From: Acidobacteriota bacterium
GTDB lineage: Bacteria > Acidobacteriota > UBA890 > WLXD01
DNA: 64,000 nucleotides
Direction of reading: 5' to 3'
Assembly: GCA_965205505.1 (NCBI GenBank)
Contig: CBDBHB010000009.1
Coordinates: 2,880,001 to 2,944,000, forward strand
Shown here: positions 41,608 to 52,113 of the stretch, piece after piece
How the letters are laid out: each line of letters opens with the position of its first letter
Position numbering within the stretch: position 1 is the first letter of the stretch
Program-made: the position numbers and the translations under genes
Notes under the pieces: model-generated
Seen by the model: only the letters and a program-made list of their open reading frames with translations
The model's database searches: none
Told to the model about the DNA's origin: nothing

Positions 41608-44086
41608 TCGCGAACTCGAACGTTGACCTCTGCTCCCCGAAGATCTCCAGGGGATCGAAGTTGTAGGCCCAGAAGAAGCGCATCGGTATGTTGAAGACAG
41701 GCGCGAAGATCTCGAACTCCAGCCCCGCAGTGCGACGCATGTCCCGGATGCTGACCTTGTCGTCTGACAGCCAGGCCTGCCCAGCGTCGTGGAACCCCTT
41801 CACGCGCAGTGCCGGGGTGAGAGCGAAGATGTACTCGAGGTTGTATTGCAGCCCCTTGGTGCCGCCGAGAATGTTGCCGAACTCGTCGATCGGGCCAATC
41901 GACCGCAGCCGCGTACCACGAACCGAGTTGCTTCCGCCGAGGAAGAAGCGCTCGAAGATCGGCAGCTCTTCGAGATCCCCCAGCGGCTCGGCATAGTCGG
42001 CCCGGATATTGACCACCAGGATCTGCTTGGGGGTGCGAATGAACCCGGGGCGGGTCACGGTGGGGATGTACCAGGTCGTGCGCAGGCTGGCGCGCCAAAA
42101 GTCGAGCGTCCCACCGAGAGGTCCGCCAGCGTACTCGAACGACGCATTCGAACGGCTGCCGCGCGAGGCCATGAAAGGGTTGTCGAGATTGGTATGGAAC
42201 ACAAACGGTCGTATCGAGCTGGTGATGCGGCGACCGCGGGTCAGGAAGAGCGCCTGGAACAGCGGTGACGAGATGCTCCCCAGTGAGCTGCTGACGTTGC
42301 CGATGTCGATGACCTCGTAGTTGTATTCGAGGAAGGCGGCGACCGTCTCGTCGAGGTTCAGCGGTTTGCCGAAGCGGATGGCCCCACCGGTGCCGGACCT
42401 TTGGAAGTCAGGAAAATCAATGGCATCGCGGAATATGTCGGCGCCGAAGCGCACGCGCTTTCCGAGGAAGTACGGATCCGAGAACGATAGCCGTACGTTC
42501 TGACGAAGCTTTCCGACCTGCCCGAAGAGCGATACAGTCTGCCCGTAGCCGAACAGGTTGCGGGTCGAATAGCCGAACTGGACGAACCCGCCTTCGAGCG
42601 CTGACACACCGCCGCCGAACGAGATCTGGTTGCGGCCGATCTCCGCGACTTTCAGGTCGACATCCACAGAGCCGAACTGCGGGTCCGCCGGCACTGCAGG
42701 ATCAAGGGACTCCCCGGGGGGGGCGGTAGCGAGGTCATGCTCGACGTTCTGAAAGTAGCCGAGGCGCCATAGTCGCTCGATACTGGTGTCGAAGCGACTT
42801 TGATCCCATCGCGCCAGCTCGTGCAGGTTGAGGTTTCGTCGGAGGACGAAGTCGCGCGTGTTCGTATTGCCCGAAAACTCGATTCGGTTCACACGGTAGA
42901 CGGCGTTCTCCTGCACCTGGTAGGTCAGGTTGGCGAGGCCGGTCGACGGGTCTTGATAGGGAATCGGAGCTATGGCGACCTGCAGGTATCCCGCGTTCGT
43001 GTACTTATCGGCGAGCGCCTTGTTTGCCGCCTGAACTTCCTCGATATTCAGAATTTGGCCGCGTTGGAGTCCCACCTCCCGGATGAGCTCTTCGTCACTG
43101 AAGGCGGTGTTCCCTTCGATCGTGATGTCGCCGATGTGATATTGGGTGCCCTCATAGATCGGAATCGTTATCGCCAGGCGCTCCCGATCGTCAAACCACA
43201 GCGATCGGTCCTCGGTAAACACCTCGATGCGCGGCTCGTCGGCATCGAACTCCAGATAGCCGTTGCGGTGATATAGCTTTTGGAGCTCGACCATGTCGAA
43301 CTCGTACCCGGCGCGCGAGTAACGATCGCTTTTGCTGAGGAACGACATGAAGTGGTGCTCGGCGGTGCGTTTCATCGCCCAGCGCAGCTGCTGATCGCTG
43401 AAGACTGTGTTGCCTTCGAACTGCACCAGCGCGATCCGCACCGAGTCGCCCTCGATGACCCTGTAAATCGCGTCCACCCCGGCTCCGAGCTCCGACTCCA
43501 CGACCTCCAGGTCGATCTGCACGAACTGCAGCCCGTCATCGCCCTGCAGCATGAACGTCAACACTTCGATGTTGTCGCGCAGCAGTTGTTCGTCGACCGG
43601 GTCGTTGATAACCACGCTGCGCTCGATCAGAGCGAGACGCTCGACGAAGTCCCGCAAGCTCACCTTGCCGGTTCCTTCGATGCGGACCTGTCGAAGCAGG
43701 GGCAGCTCTTGCACGTCGACGACGAGCACGATGCCACCGTTGGCTCCCTCTTCCCAGCTCATCACCAGGTTGTAGAACCAGTTCGTGTTGAACAGCGACA
43801 TGTAGTCGAGCTCTGCGGTGGCCGAATCGAAGGGTGCCCCGGCGCGGCTCGCCATGTAGAAGCTGATCGTGTCGGAATCGAATCGCTCGTTACCGATGAT
43901 GCGGATTTCTTCGATGTTCCGGCCTTGGGGACCGCGCGCGGCGGTGGCGACCTGCGCGGGCGGTAGCTGGGCGGCGGATGACGCGAGCAGCGGGCTCGAG
44001 TCGACCACGATGGTCACGAGCGCCGCCAGGGCGGTTGCCCGGAGGGCGAAGAGATAGTGTTTCTGATCGCTCGGGAGAAGGTTCAT
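41591..44086 (-). CDS. bamA: Outer membrane protein assembly factor BamA
   Basis: POTRA repeats, 'GNTNTRDFVLRR', 'ERFFLGGSNSVRG', C-terminal Phe. Confidence 0.93.
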   Translation of the reverse strand: MNLLPSDQKHYLFALRATALAALVTIVVDSSPLLASSAAQLPPAQVATAARGPQGRNIEEIRIIGNERFDSDTISFYMASRAGAPFDSATAELDYMSLFNTNWFYNLVMSWEEGANGGIVLVVDVQELPLLRQVRIEGTGKVSLRDFVERLALIERSVVINDPVDEQLLRDNIEVLTFMLQGDDGLQFVQIDLEVVESELGAGVDAIYRVIEGDSVRIALVQFEGNTVFSDQQLRWAMKRTAEHHFMSFLSKSDRYSRAGYEFDMVELQKLYHRNGYLEFDADEPRIEVFTEDRSLWFDDRERLAITIPIYEGTQYHIGDITIEGNTAFSDEELIREVGLQRGQILNIEEVQAANKALADKYTNAGYLQVAIAPIPYQDPSTGLANLTYQVQENAVYRVNRIEFSGNTNTRDFVLRRNLNLHELARWDQSRFDTSIERLWRLGYFQNVEHDLATAPPGESLDPAVPADPQFGSVDVDLKVAEIGRNQISFGGGVSALEGGFVQFGYSTRNLFGYGQTVSLFGQVGKLRQNVRLSFSDPYFLGKRVRFGADIFRDAIDFPDFQRSGTGGAIRFGKPLNLDETVAAFLEYNYEVIDIGNVSSSLGSISSPLFQALFLTRGRRITSSIRPFVFHTNLDNPFMASRGSRSNASFEYAGGPLGGTLDFWRASLRTTWYIPTVTRPGFIRTPKQILVVNIRADYAEPLGDLEELPIFERFFLGGSNSVRGTRLRSIGPIDEFGNILGGTKGLQYNLEYIFALTPALRVKGFHDAGQAWLSDDKVSIRDMRRTAGLEFEIFAPVFNIPMRFFWAYNFDPLEIFGEQRSTFEFAIGSTF

Positions 44087-44232
44087 GGCGTCTTCGGGCG
44101 CAGGGGGTTTGTGGCGTCTCGCGCCCACGCGGCGGGTCGCGGGCACACCATGTGAGGATAATACCGCATCGGCCCGCTCGTGGCCCGGCCAGCCTGCCGT
44201 CTTCGTAGGCCCGCATGCTCCAACGGCCGGGT

Positions 44233-46677
44233 CTACACGACCGCGTCCGCCGGCTCCGGCTCGACCAGCTGGATATCGAAGTGCAGGCCGTTGTCATCCG
44301 TTGACACGATGACGTGCGTACCCGTCCCCAGATTGCCCCGGATGAACTCCTCAGCGAGGGCGTCCTCGATGTACTTCTGGATGGCGCGCCTCAACGGTCG
44401 TGCGCCGTAGCTGCGATCCGCGCAAGTAGTGTCGATCAACCACTGGTAGGCCGCCTCGTCGAGCTCCACCTGGATGTCCTTGGTGGCTAGGTGCTCGTTC
44501 ACCTGACCGACCATCAACCGGATGATCTGCTGGAGGTGCTCGTCGGTCAACGCGTGAAACACGATCGACTCGTCCAGCCGGTTCAGGAACTCCGGGTTGA
44601 ACGTGCGCTTTACTTCCTCGACAACACGGTCTCGCATGTCGTCAAACGTGGCTACTTCGTCGAGCGCTCGGAAGCCGACGCCGCCGCGCTTTTGCATGAA
44701 GCGCGCGCCGATGTTCGACGTCATGATCAGGATGCAGTTCTTGAAATCGACCGTATGGCCCAGGCCATCGGTGAGCTGGCCGTCCTCGAACACCTGCAAC
44801 AAGATGTTGAAGATCGACGGATGGGCTTTTTCGATTTCGTCGAGCAACACCACGCTATAGGGACTGCGTCGCACCTGATCGGTCAGCTGGCCGCCCTCCT
44901 CGTGACCGACGTACCCGGGTGGAGAGCCGATCAACTTCGATACCGAGTGACGCTCCATGTACTCGGACATGTCGAAGCGGACGAGGGACCGGTCGTCCCC
45001 GAACAGGAAGGCGGCAAGCGTTCGTGCCACCTCCGTCTTGCCTACGCCGGTGGGGCCCAGGAACAAGAAGGAGCCCACGGGCCGATGCGGTGACTTGAGG
45101 CCGGCGCGCGACCGACGGATAGCTCGGGAGACCACCTCGATGGCTTCCTCCTGGGCAACGATCCGCGTATGCAGCCGCTCCTCCATGTTGACCAACTTGT
45201 CCATCTCCTCCTGCTTTATGGAGGCAATAGGAATCCCGGTCCAGTTCGAGACAACCTGTTCGATGTCCTCGACGCTGACCAACAGGGGAGCCTCCTCCTC
45301 AGGTTCCTCCTCGCGGTCTGCACGGAGACGTTCCAGGCGCTCGCGCTCTCGCTTCATGAGGTCACGAAAGTGAGCCGCCTGCTCGAACTCCTCATCGGCA
45401 ATCGCTGCGTCCAGCTGGGTCGCCAGCTCGCGGGAGCGTGCCTCAAGCTCTCGAACGCGGCTCGGCGCCGAGCTCATCGCAAGCTTGACGCGCGCCCCGG
45501 TCTCGTCGAGCACATCAATCGCCTTGTCGGGCAAGAAACGATCCGTGATATACCGATTGCTCTGATAGACGGCGGCCACCAGTGCCTCTTCGGTGTACGT
45601 CACGCCGTGGTACTTCTCGTAATGCTCGCGGATCCCACGCACGATCTCGACGGTCTCTTCCTCGGTCGGCTGGGCGATATTGACGCCTTGGAAGCGCCGG
45701 GCAAGCGCTCGGTCCTTCTCTATGTACTTGCGGTGCTCGCGCGGCGTCGTGGCGCCGATGCACTGCACCTCACCTCTCGCCAAAGCGGGCTTGAGGATGC
45801 CGGCGGCGTCGAGCGAGCCCTCGGCGGACCCAGCACCGACGAGCGTGTGCAGCTCATCGATAAAGATCACGGTGTCTTTGTTGTCGAGCAGCTCCTTCAT
45901 GATCGTCTTGAGTCGTTCTTCGAACTGGCCTCGGTACTTCGTTCCGGCGACCACCGATGAGATGTCGAGCTCCAAGATGCGCTTGTCGGAGAGGAACCGG
46001 GGCACTTCGCCGCCGCCGATCCGTTGTGCCAGGCCTTCGACGATCGCGGTCTTACCTACTCCCGGCTCGCCGATCAGAACAGGGTTGTTCTTCGTGCGGC
46101 GACACAGAATCTGGATGACGCGCTCGAGCTCGTCATCGCGCCCTATCAACGGGTCGAGAGTGCCCTTGGCGGCCATCTCCGTCAGGTCGCGTGAGAACTC
46201 CGACAGGAACGGTGTCTCCTTCTTCTTCTCGCTGAGGTTCTTCTCTTTCAGCAGATAGAGGAGGTCCTCGCGCGCCGTCGACAGCCGCATACCCTTTTCG
46301 ACCAGAATGCGCGACGCTAGCGACTTCTTCTCGCGCAGTAGCCCCAAAAGTACGTGCTCGGTGCCAATGTACTTGTGCAGCATCTTCTCGGCTTCCTCCG
46401 CTGCGTACGCCAGCACGCGCTTTGATTCGACCGAGAGAGGGATCTCTACTGAGGTGGAGATCTTCTCGCGTACTTCGGTACGCGTCTGGATCTCTCCGCG
46501 GATGGCTTCTGCCTCGATGTCTGAGCGACCCAGGAGCTTGCCGGTGAGGCCGTTGTTCTCGCGGATCAGCCCGAGCAGCAGGTGCTCGGTCTCGATCGTG
46601 CGCGAGCCCAGCTGGCTGGCTTCGTAGCGCGCAAAGAAAATGACCCGTCGTGCCCGTTCGGTATAGCGCTCAAACAT
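44233..46677 (-). CDS. clpC: ATP-dependent Clp protease ATPase subunit ClpC
   Basis: Clp_N repeats, two P-loops (GEPGVGKT, GPTGVGKT), UVR-like M domain, 'GVGF' loop. Confidence 0.95.
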   Translation of the reverse strand: MFERYTERARRVIFFARYEASQLGSRTIETEHLLLGLIRENNGLTGKLLGRSDIEAEAIRGEIQTRTEVREKISTSVEIPLSVESKRVLAYAAEEAEKMLHKYIGTEHVLLGLLREKKSLASRILVEKGMRLSTAREDLLYLLKEKNLSEKKKETPFLSEFSRDLTEMAAKGTLDPLIGRDDELERVIQILCRRTKNNPVLIGEPGVGKTAIVEGLAQRIGGGEVPRFLSDKRILELDISSVVAGTKYRGQFEERLKTIMKELLDNKDTVIFIDELHTLVGAGSAEGSLDAAGILKPALARGEVQCIGATTPREHRKYIEKDRALARRFQGVNIAQPTEEETVEIVRGIREHYEKYHGVTYTEEALVAAVYQSNRYITDRFLPDKAIDVLDETGARVKLAMSSAPSRVRELEARSRELATQLDAAIADEEFEQAAHFRDLMKRERERLERLRADREEEPEEEAPLLVSVEDIEQVVSNWTGIPIASIKQEEMDKLVNMEERLHTRIVAQEEAIEVVSRAIRRSRAGLKSPHRPVGSFLFLGPTGVGKTEVARTLAAFLFGDDRSLVRFDMSEYMERHSVSKLIGSPPGYVGHEEGGQLTDQVRRSPYSVVLLDEIEKAHPSIFNILLQVFEDGQLTDGLGHTVDFKNCILIMTSNIGARFMQKRGGVGFRALDEVATFDDMRDRVVEEVKRTFNPEFLNRLDESIVFHALTDEHLQQIIRLMVGQVNEHLATKDIQVELDEAAYQWLIDTTCADRSYGARPLRRAIQKYIEDALAEEFIRGNLGTGTHVIVSTDDNGLHFDIQLVEPEPADAVV

Positions 46678-46899
46678 CGACCCAGCCCCAATCGCAGGAG
46701 GTCCCCCACAGACCGCGTGCCGTAGCGACGAGCCCGTTGGATCTCCTGTCACAAAGGGCGACGCCAGAGGGCGCCGCTTGGTTTTGAGTATAGCGGAGCG
46801 ATTTTCCAGCCGCCAAGACGTCGCCAGTCGCGCGGCGGGCCCAATCGAGGGTCCACGCCGCTGATGGGCACGCCACAGGCCGTTCCCTCCGCGCGCGGT

Positions 46900-47604
46900 T
46901 CATTGATGCTCTCCCGATACATGTGCTCTGAGTTGACCGCCGGACTCCATCACGAGAACGCGGTCGAAGTCGGCCACCAACTCAGGGTTATGTGTGACCA
47001 GCACCATCGCGTTGCCGTGACTCTCGTGTAGCCGGAAGAAGATCTCCAGGGCTCGCATGCCGTTGTCGCGGTCGAGGTTGCCGGTAGGCTCGTCGGCAAG
47101 CAGAACCTCCGGCTGCCGGACCAGGGCGCGCGCGATGGCAACGCGCTGGCACTCGCCGCCGGATAGCTCGGATGGAAAATGGTGCGCCCGATCGGCCAGC
47201 CCCACGTCCGCCAGCAGGCCCGCGGCGCGCTCCCGCGCCCCATCCATGTCGCCGCCAATCAGTAGCGGCATCATGATGTTCTCCAGCGCGCTGAACTCCG
47301 GCAGCAGGTGGTAGAACTGAAAAACGAGACCCACGTGACGACCTCGAAACTCCGCCAGGTCGGGCTCAGACAGCGATCGCAGCTCGCGGCCGCGGAAGCG
47401 GATGCTGCCGCTGTCGGGACGATCCAGTCCGGCGAGGAGGTGCAGCAGCGTGCTCTTGCCCACGCCGCTCTGGCCGATGATGGCGATACGTTCCCCTGCC
47501 GCCAGGCGTAACTCGCAGTCCGACAGAACTTGCAGTCGGCGGTCGCCGGTGCGGTAGCTCTTAGCGATCCCTTCGACGGTGAGGAACTCTTCGGCGCCAT
47601 GCAT
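46900..47604 (-). CDS. lolD: Lipoprotein-releasing ABC ATPase
   Basis: GQSGVGKST, LSGGE, 'DEPTGNLD'; downstream of lolC/E. Confidence 0.92.
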   Translation of the reverse strand: MHGAEEFLTVEGIAKSYRTGDRRLQVLSDCELRLAAGERIAIIGQSGVGKSTLLHLLAGLDRPDSGSIRFRGRELRSLSEPDLAEFRGRHVGLVFQFYHLLPEFSALENIMMPLLIGGDMDGARERAAGLLADVGLADRAHHFPSELSGGECQRVAIARALVRQPEVLLADEPTGNLDRDNGMRALEIFFRLHESHGNAMVLVTHNPELVADFDRVLVMESGGQLRAHVSGEHQ

Positions 47605-47606
47605 GA

Positions 47607-48884
47607 CTACTCGTAGCGAAGGGAGGAGACGGGGTCGAGGCGCGACGCGCGCAGCGCCGGATAGAGCGTGGCGGCAAAGGAGATGATCAGGGCGACCAGG
47701 CAGACGCGGCCGAGATCGACCGAGCGCACGTGAAACGGGACATACGCCAGGTAATAGACCTGCGCCTCCAACCGGATGAGCTCGTAGTGGTCCAGCGTCA
47801 AAGCAGTAGCGACGCCGAGAATGCACCCCAGGAGGGTGCCGATGAGTCCTATCACCACTCCCTGAATCATGAAGATTTGCCGGATATGCCGCCGCGTCGT
47901 CCCAAGCGACATCAGGATGCCGATATCCCGTTGCTTGTCCTTGATCATCAGCACCAGAGTGGCTGCGATGTTCAGTGCGGCCACGGCGGTGATCAGGCTG
48001 ATCGTGACGAAGAGAGCGAGCTTCTCCAGCTTCAGCGCCGCGAAGTAGGCTCGGTTCATGCTCTGCCAGTCCATCAAGAAGTAGCCTTCGCCGAGACGGT
48101 CCCCCAGCTCTTCGAGCACTGGTGCGGTGTTGAAGGCGTCCTCGACGCGGACCTGCACCAGCGTCACCCCATTCCCCGACTCGATCATGCGTTGCGCGGT
48201 CTCGAGGGGGATGAGGGCCCAGGTGTTGTCGTATTCGTACATGCCTGCCTCGAAGATCCCCACCACGTCGAAGCGAACGATCTTGATCCCGCCACTGCCG
48301 CCGAATGGGGTAATCATGCCGCTGGAGTGCACGCTGACCTTCACCTGGTCGCCGACGTTGACGAAGAGACTCGCCGCCAACTCGCGGCCGAGCACCACGC
48401 CGGGACGGCCCGATGAGCTTGCGCCTCGTGCTGTCAGGCCCTCGGCGCTTCCCTCCACCATCCGATCGAGCAGCCTCGTGGTGCGGGCTTCGCCGCGCGC
48501 ATCGATACCCTTGAGATTGACGAAGCGCGGCGTCTGCGAACGGCCCTCCATGAGACCAGGTGTCAGCAAGGCCGGCGCCGCATCGATCACGCCGTTCACG
48601 GACCGGGCCGTGTCCGCGACATACGCGTGGTCTTCCAGGTACGGGCCGAACGGCTGCACGAAGACGTGCGCGTTGGCGCCGATGATCTTGTCCTGGATGT
48701 CTTCTTGGAATCCGGTAAGCAGCGCCAGCGCGATGATCAGGGCTGCCACACCGACGCTCACGCCGAGGATCGAAACGACGCTGACAACCGACGTGAACGC
48801 CTGCCGGCGGCGCGCCTTGAAGTAGCGCAGTGCGATGTACAGCTGCAACCGGCTCGTCAGCCATCGGGGTCCGCTCTCCCGCAT
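47607..48884 (-). CDS. lolE: Lipoprotein-releasing permease LolC/E
   Basis: 'IALRYF', 'DIGILMSLG', 'ATLYPA.RASRLDPV..LRYE'. Confidence 0.9.
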   Translation of the reverse strand: MRESGPRWLTSRLQLYIALRYFKARRRQAFTSVVSVVSILGVSVGVAALIIALALLTGFQEDIQDKIIGANAHVFVQPFGPYLEDHAYVADTARSVNGVIDAAPALLTPGLMEGRSQTPRFVNLKGIDARGEARTTRLLDRMVEGSAEGLTARGASSSGRPGVVLGRELAASLFVNVGDQVKVSVHSSGMITPFGGSGGIKIVRFDVVGIFEAGMYEYDNTWALIPLETAQRMIESGNGVTLVQVRVEDAFNTAPVLEELGDRLGEGYFLMDWQSMNRAYFAALKLEKLALFVTISLITAVAALNIAATLVLMIKDKQRDIGILMSLGTTRRHIRQIFMIQGVVIGLIGTLLGCILGVATALTLDHYELIRLEAQVYYLAYVPFHVRSVDLGRVCLVALIISFAATLYPALRASRLDPVSSLRYE

Positions 48885-49018
48885 CTTGTCCTCGTCGAGT
48901 GCCTAACCGAGGTCAACGCCCCGGTCGGTCTGCTTGCACAGACTCCACGTAGACTGTAGCAGTCAGGAAGAGACTTAAAAAGCTATGACTAACTAATCGT
49001 GACTTTTAGTAAATTAGC

Positions 49019-50494
49019 CTAAGCGTTTCGGCGTAATAATGGAAATAGAATAACGTCTCGAATCGTCGGCGAGTCAGTGGAAAGCATTACAAGGCGATCT
49101 ACACCAATGCCGATGCCTGCTGCCGGGGGCATACCATGTTCGAGCGCAGTGATGTAATCGACATCGACGGCGGGCGGGATCTCTCTGTCGTCCTCGCGTC
49201 CGTCCACCTGCTCTTGCATACGGCGCTGCTGCTCGCGTGGATCGTTTAGCTCTGAGTAGCCATTGGCCACCTCCATCCCACCCATGAAAAGCTCGAAACG
49301 CTCGACCGTGTCGGGGTCGTCGGGGCGAGCTTTGGACAGCGGTGAGAGCTCCAACGGGTAGTCGGTGATGAACAACGGCGAGCTGACGCCCGGCTTGACC
49401 ATCTTGTCGAACGCGGCCTCGCGCAGCGCGCCCAGACCCATGTCGGCAGTTGGTATCTCCTTTGTCTGCAACCACTCGGAGAGCTTCGACGCGTCATCGA
49501 CTAGCTCGGGCTCGAGCCCGCCGACATCGACGAGCGCCTGGCGCAGAGGCATTCGCCTCCAGGGGCGCTGCAAGGAGATCTCATGGCCCTGGTACGGGAG
49601 TCGGGCCTCCTGCCCGGCGCCGCCGAGGGCGGCACAAAGCAGATCTTCCGCGTACTCCATCATGCGCTCGTAGTCCCAGTAGGCAGCATAGAACTCCAGC
49701 ATCGTGAACTCCGGATTGTGCTGTCTGGAGATCCCTTCGTTACGGAAGTTCCGGTTCAGGTCGTAGACCCGTTGGAGTCCGCCCACCAGCAGCCGCTTGA
49801 GATATAGCTCAGGCGCAATTCGCAAGTAGAGGTCCATTTCGAGTGCATTGTGATGCGTTTCGAACGGGTGGGCCATGGCGCCGCCATACAGAGGCTGCAG
49901 AGTCGGCGTCTCGACCTCGAGGAAGCCATTGGAATCCAGGTGAGCCCGCAAGGCCCGGACGATCTCGGCACGGCGCATAAATACCGCGCGCACCTCGGGG
50001 TTCGCCAACAAGTCGAGGTATCGCTGTCGGTAGCGAACCTCGGTATCGCGCAGCCCATGCCACTTCTCCGGCATCGGCCGCAACGCCTTCGACAGGAGTC
50101 GGTAGTCGTCGACCCGGGCGGTCAGCTCACCCGTCCGTGTGCGGAACAGCACGCCCTGGACGCCCACGAAGTCGCCCAGATCGAGGTTTAGCCATGCCGC
50201 AAAGCGATCTTCACCCAGCACCTTCTGCCGTACGTGACATTGAAGCTTGGAGCTGCCGTCGTCGAGGTCAGCGAAGGCTGACTTGCCATGCTCGCGCAGT
50301 GCCACGAGGCGTCCCGCGAGCCGCACGGCCGGTTGCGCCTCTTGCAGCTCCTCCGCTGTTGCACCGTCGTGGGCCGCACACAACTGCTGCAGGGTGCCAT
50401 CGACGGGAAATCGGCTGGGGAATGCATTGACTCCCGCCGCTTCCAACGCGGCAAGCTTCTGCCGGCGCGACTCCAACAAATCGGCTTCGACCAT
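49019..50494 (-). CDS. lysS: Lysine--tRNA ligase (class II)
   Basis: 'RYRQRYLD', 'LRIAPELYLKRL', 'FRNEG...HNPEFTMLE', 'DVILFP'. Confidence 0.99.
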   Translation of the reverse strand: MVEADLLESRRQKLAALEAAGVNAFPSRFPVDGTLQQLCAAHDGATAEELQEAQPAVRLAGRLVALREHGKSAFADLDDGSSKLQCHVRQKVLGEDRFAAWLNLDLGDFVGVQGVLFRTRTGELTARVDDYRLLSKALRPMPEKWHGLRDTEVRYRQRYLDLLANPEVRAVFMRRAEIVRALRAHLDSNGFLEVETPTLQPLYGGAMAHPFETHHNALEMDLYLRIAPELYLKRLLVGGLQRVYDLNRNFRNEGISRQHNPEFTMLEFYAAYWDYERMMEYAEDLLCAALGGAGQEARLPYQGHEISLQRPWRRMPLRQALVDVGGLEPELVDDASKLSEWLQTKEIPTADMGLGALREAAFDKMVKPGVSSPLFITDYPLELSPLSKARPDDPDTVERFELFMGGMEVANGYSELNDPREQQRRMQEQVDGREDDREIPPAVDVDYITALEHGMPPAAGIGIGVDRLVMLSTDSPTIRDVILFPLLRRNA

Positions 50495-50532
50495 ATTCGG
50501 CTCTCGCTGAGAAGGGCTCGCGGAGACGCCGT

Positions 50533-51771
50533 TCAGGTGGCGTAGCGCTTGAAGATCAGTGCCGCGTTCGTGCCACCGAATCCGAACGAGTTCGAAAGAC
50601 CGTATTCGAGATCCATCGCCCGCGCCTCGTTAGGGACGAAGTCGAGGTCACACTCTGGATCGGGATTCTCGTAGTTGATCGTCGGGGGCACCTGCCCATG
50701 CTTCAACGCCATCACCGTAATGCCGGCTTCTACGCCGCCTGCAGCTCCAAGCGCGTGCCCCATCATCGATTTGGTCGAGGACACGGCCAGGTCGGTTGCG
50801 TGGTCGCCAAAGACCGACTTGATCGCCTTCACCTCCGCCGCATCGCCCACCGGTGTGGACGTGCCGTGGGCGTTGATGTAGTCGATCGTGTTCGGCTCGA
50901 GTTCAGCATCGTCGAGCGCCGCTTGCATCACGCGTACGGCGCCGTCTCCATCCTCGGGCGGCGCGGAGATATGGTAGGCGTCCGCAGTCATACCATAACC
51001 GACGATCTCGGCGAGAACATTGGCCCCCCGCTGTCGGGCTGTCTCCTCGGCCTCCAGAACCAGGATCCCCGCGCCTTCGCCCAGCACGAACCCATCGCGC
51101 TCGGAGTCAAACGGTCGACTCGCCCCGGCCGGATCGTCGTTGCGCATCGAGAGGGCGCGCATGGCGCTGAAACCGTCGATGGCGAGCGAGCATATGACCC
51201 CCTCCGTGCCGCCACACACCATGGCTTCGGCATCTCCGCGGGCGATCACCCGGAAGGCATCGCCGATAGCGTGATTACCGGTAGAACAGGCGGTACATAC
51301 GGAAGAGTTCGGTCCCCTGAGCTTGTACTGCATGGAAACCCACCCGGAGGCGAGATTCACGATGAGTGCCGGAATGAAGAACGGGCTCACCCGACCGGGG
51401 CCTCGCCGCAGTTGAACCTCGTGGAACTTCTGCATGATGTTCAGGCCGCCGATTCCCGATCCGATGATGGTACCGATTCGCTCGGTAGCATAGGCGCCTG
51501 CGACACCGGACATTGCCCAGGCGTCGGCCGTGGCCGCCATGGCGTAGACGATATGCAGGTCCATCTTTTTGAGGTCTTTCTTGGGGACGAAGTCGGTGGC
51601 GGTCAGGTCACGCACCTCGCCCGCGATCGTGACGGCGTAGCCGGTGGCATCGAACTTGGTGATTGGGCCAACACCGCTACGACCCTCGAGCAGAGCGCTC
51701 CAGGTGACCTCGGTGGTCAGACCGACAGGCGTGATTAGTCCAACGCCCGTAACGACGACGCGGCGATCCAT
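50533..51771 (-). CDS. fabF: Beta-ketoacyl-ACP synthase II
   Basis: 'TACS', 'HGTST', 'GHALG', 'NSFGFGG'. Confidence 0.98.
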   Translation of the reverse strand: MDRRVVVTGVGLITPVGLTTEVTWSALLEGRSGVGPITKFDATGYAVTIAGEVRDLTATDFVPKKDLKKMDLHIVYAMAATADAWAMSGVAGAYATERIGTIIGSGIGGLNIMQKFHEVQLRRGPGRVSPFFIPALIVNLASGWVSMQYKLRGPNSSVCTACSTGNHAIGDAFRVIARGDAEAMVCGGTEGVICSLAIDGFSAMRALSMRNDDPAGASRPFDSERDGFVLGEGAGILVLEAEETARQRGANVLAEIVGYGMTADAYHISAPPEDGDGAVRVMQAALDDAELEPNTIDYINAHGTSTPVGDAAEVKAIKSVFGDHATDLAVSSTKSMMGHALGAAGGVEAGITVMALKHGQVPPTINYENPDPECDLDFVPNEARAMDLEYGLSNSFGFGGTNAALIFKRYAT

Positions 51772-51800
51772 GAATCCCCCATCCTGCACCAGCTGTGCTG

Positions 51801-52034
51801 TTAGCCGAGCTTGCTCGTGATGTAGGAAACAGCGTCTTGGACCTTCGCCATCTTCTCGGCGTCCTCGTCTGGGATCTCGAGGTCGAATTCCTCCTCCAAG
51901 GCCATCACGAGCTCGACCGTATCCAGAGAGTCGGCGCCGAGATCCTCGATGAACGAGGCTCCCGTGGTCACTTCCTCGACATCCACGCCGAGTTGCTCGA
52001 CGATGATCTCCTTTACCTTCGCTTCAACGTCCAT
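51801..52034 (-). CDS. acpP: Acyl carrier protein
   Basis: '[14 protein letters not shown]'. Confidence 0.99.
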   Translation of the reverse strand: MDVEAKVKEIIVEQLGVDVEEVTTGASFIEDLGADSLDTVELVMALEEEFDLEIPDEDAEKMAKVQDAVSYITSKLG

Positions 52035-52113
52035 GCCTTCCTCCAGCACAGCAGGTTGCAGGTAGTTTAGAGACGCGCGGAGCAGCAGGCGCCCGTGACT
52101 CGGAAACCAGGGT

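Noticed and set aside
46900-48864. 654-aa ORF suggesting a LolD fusion
   Set aside because: The N-terminal part is an off-frame shadow of lolC/E; the real lolD starts near 47604
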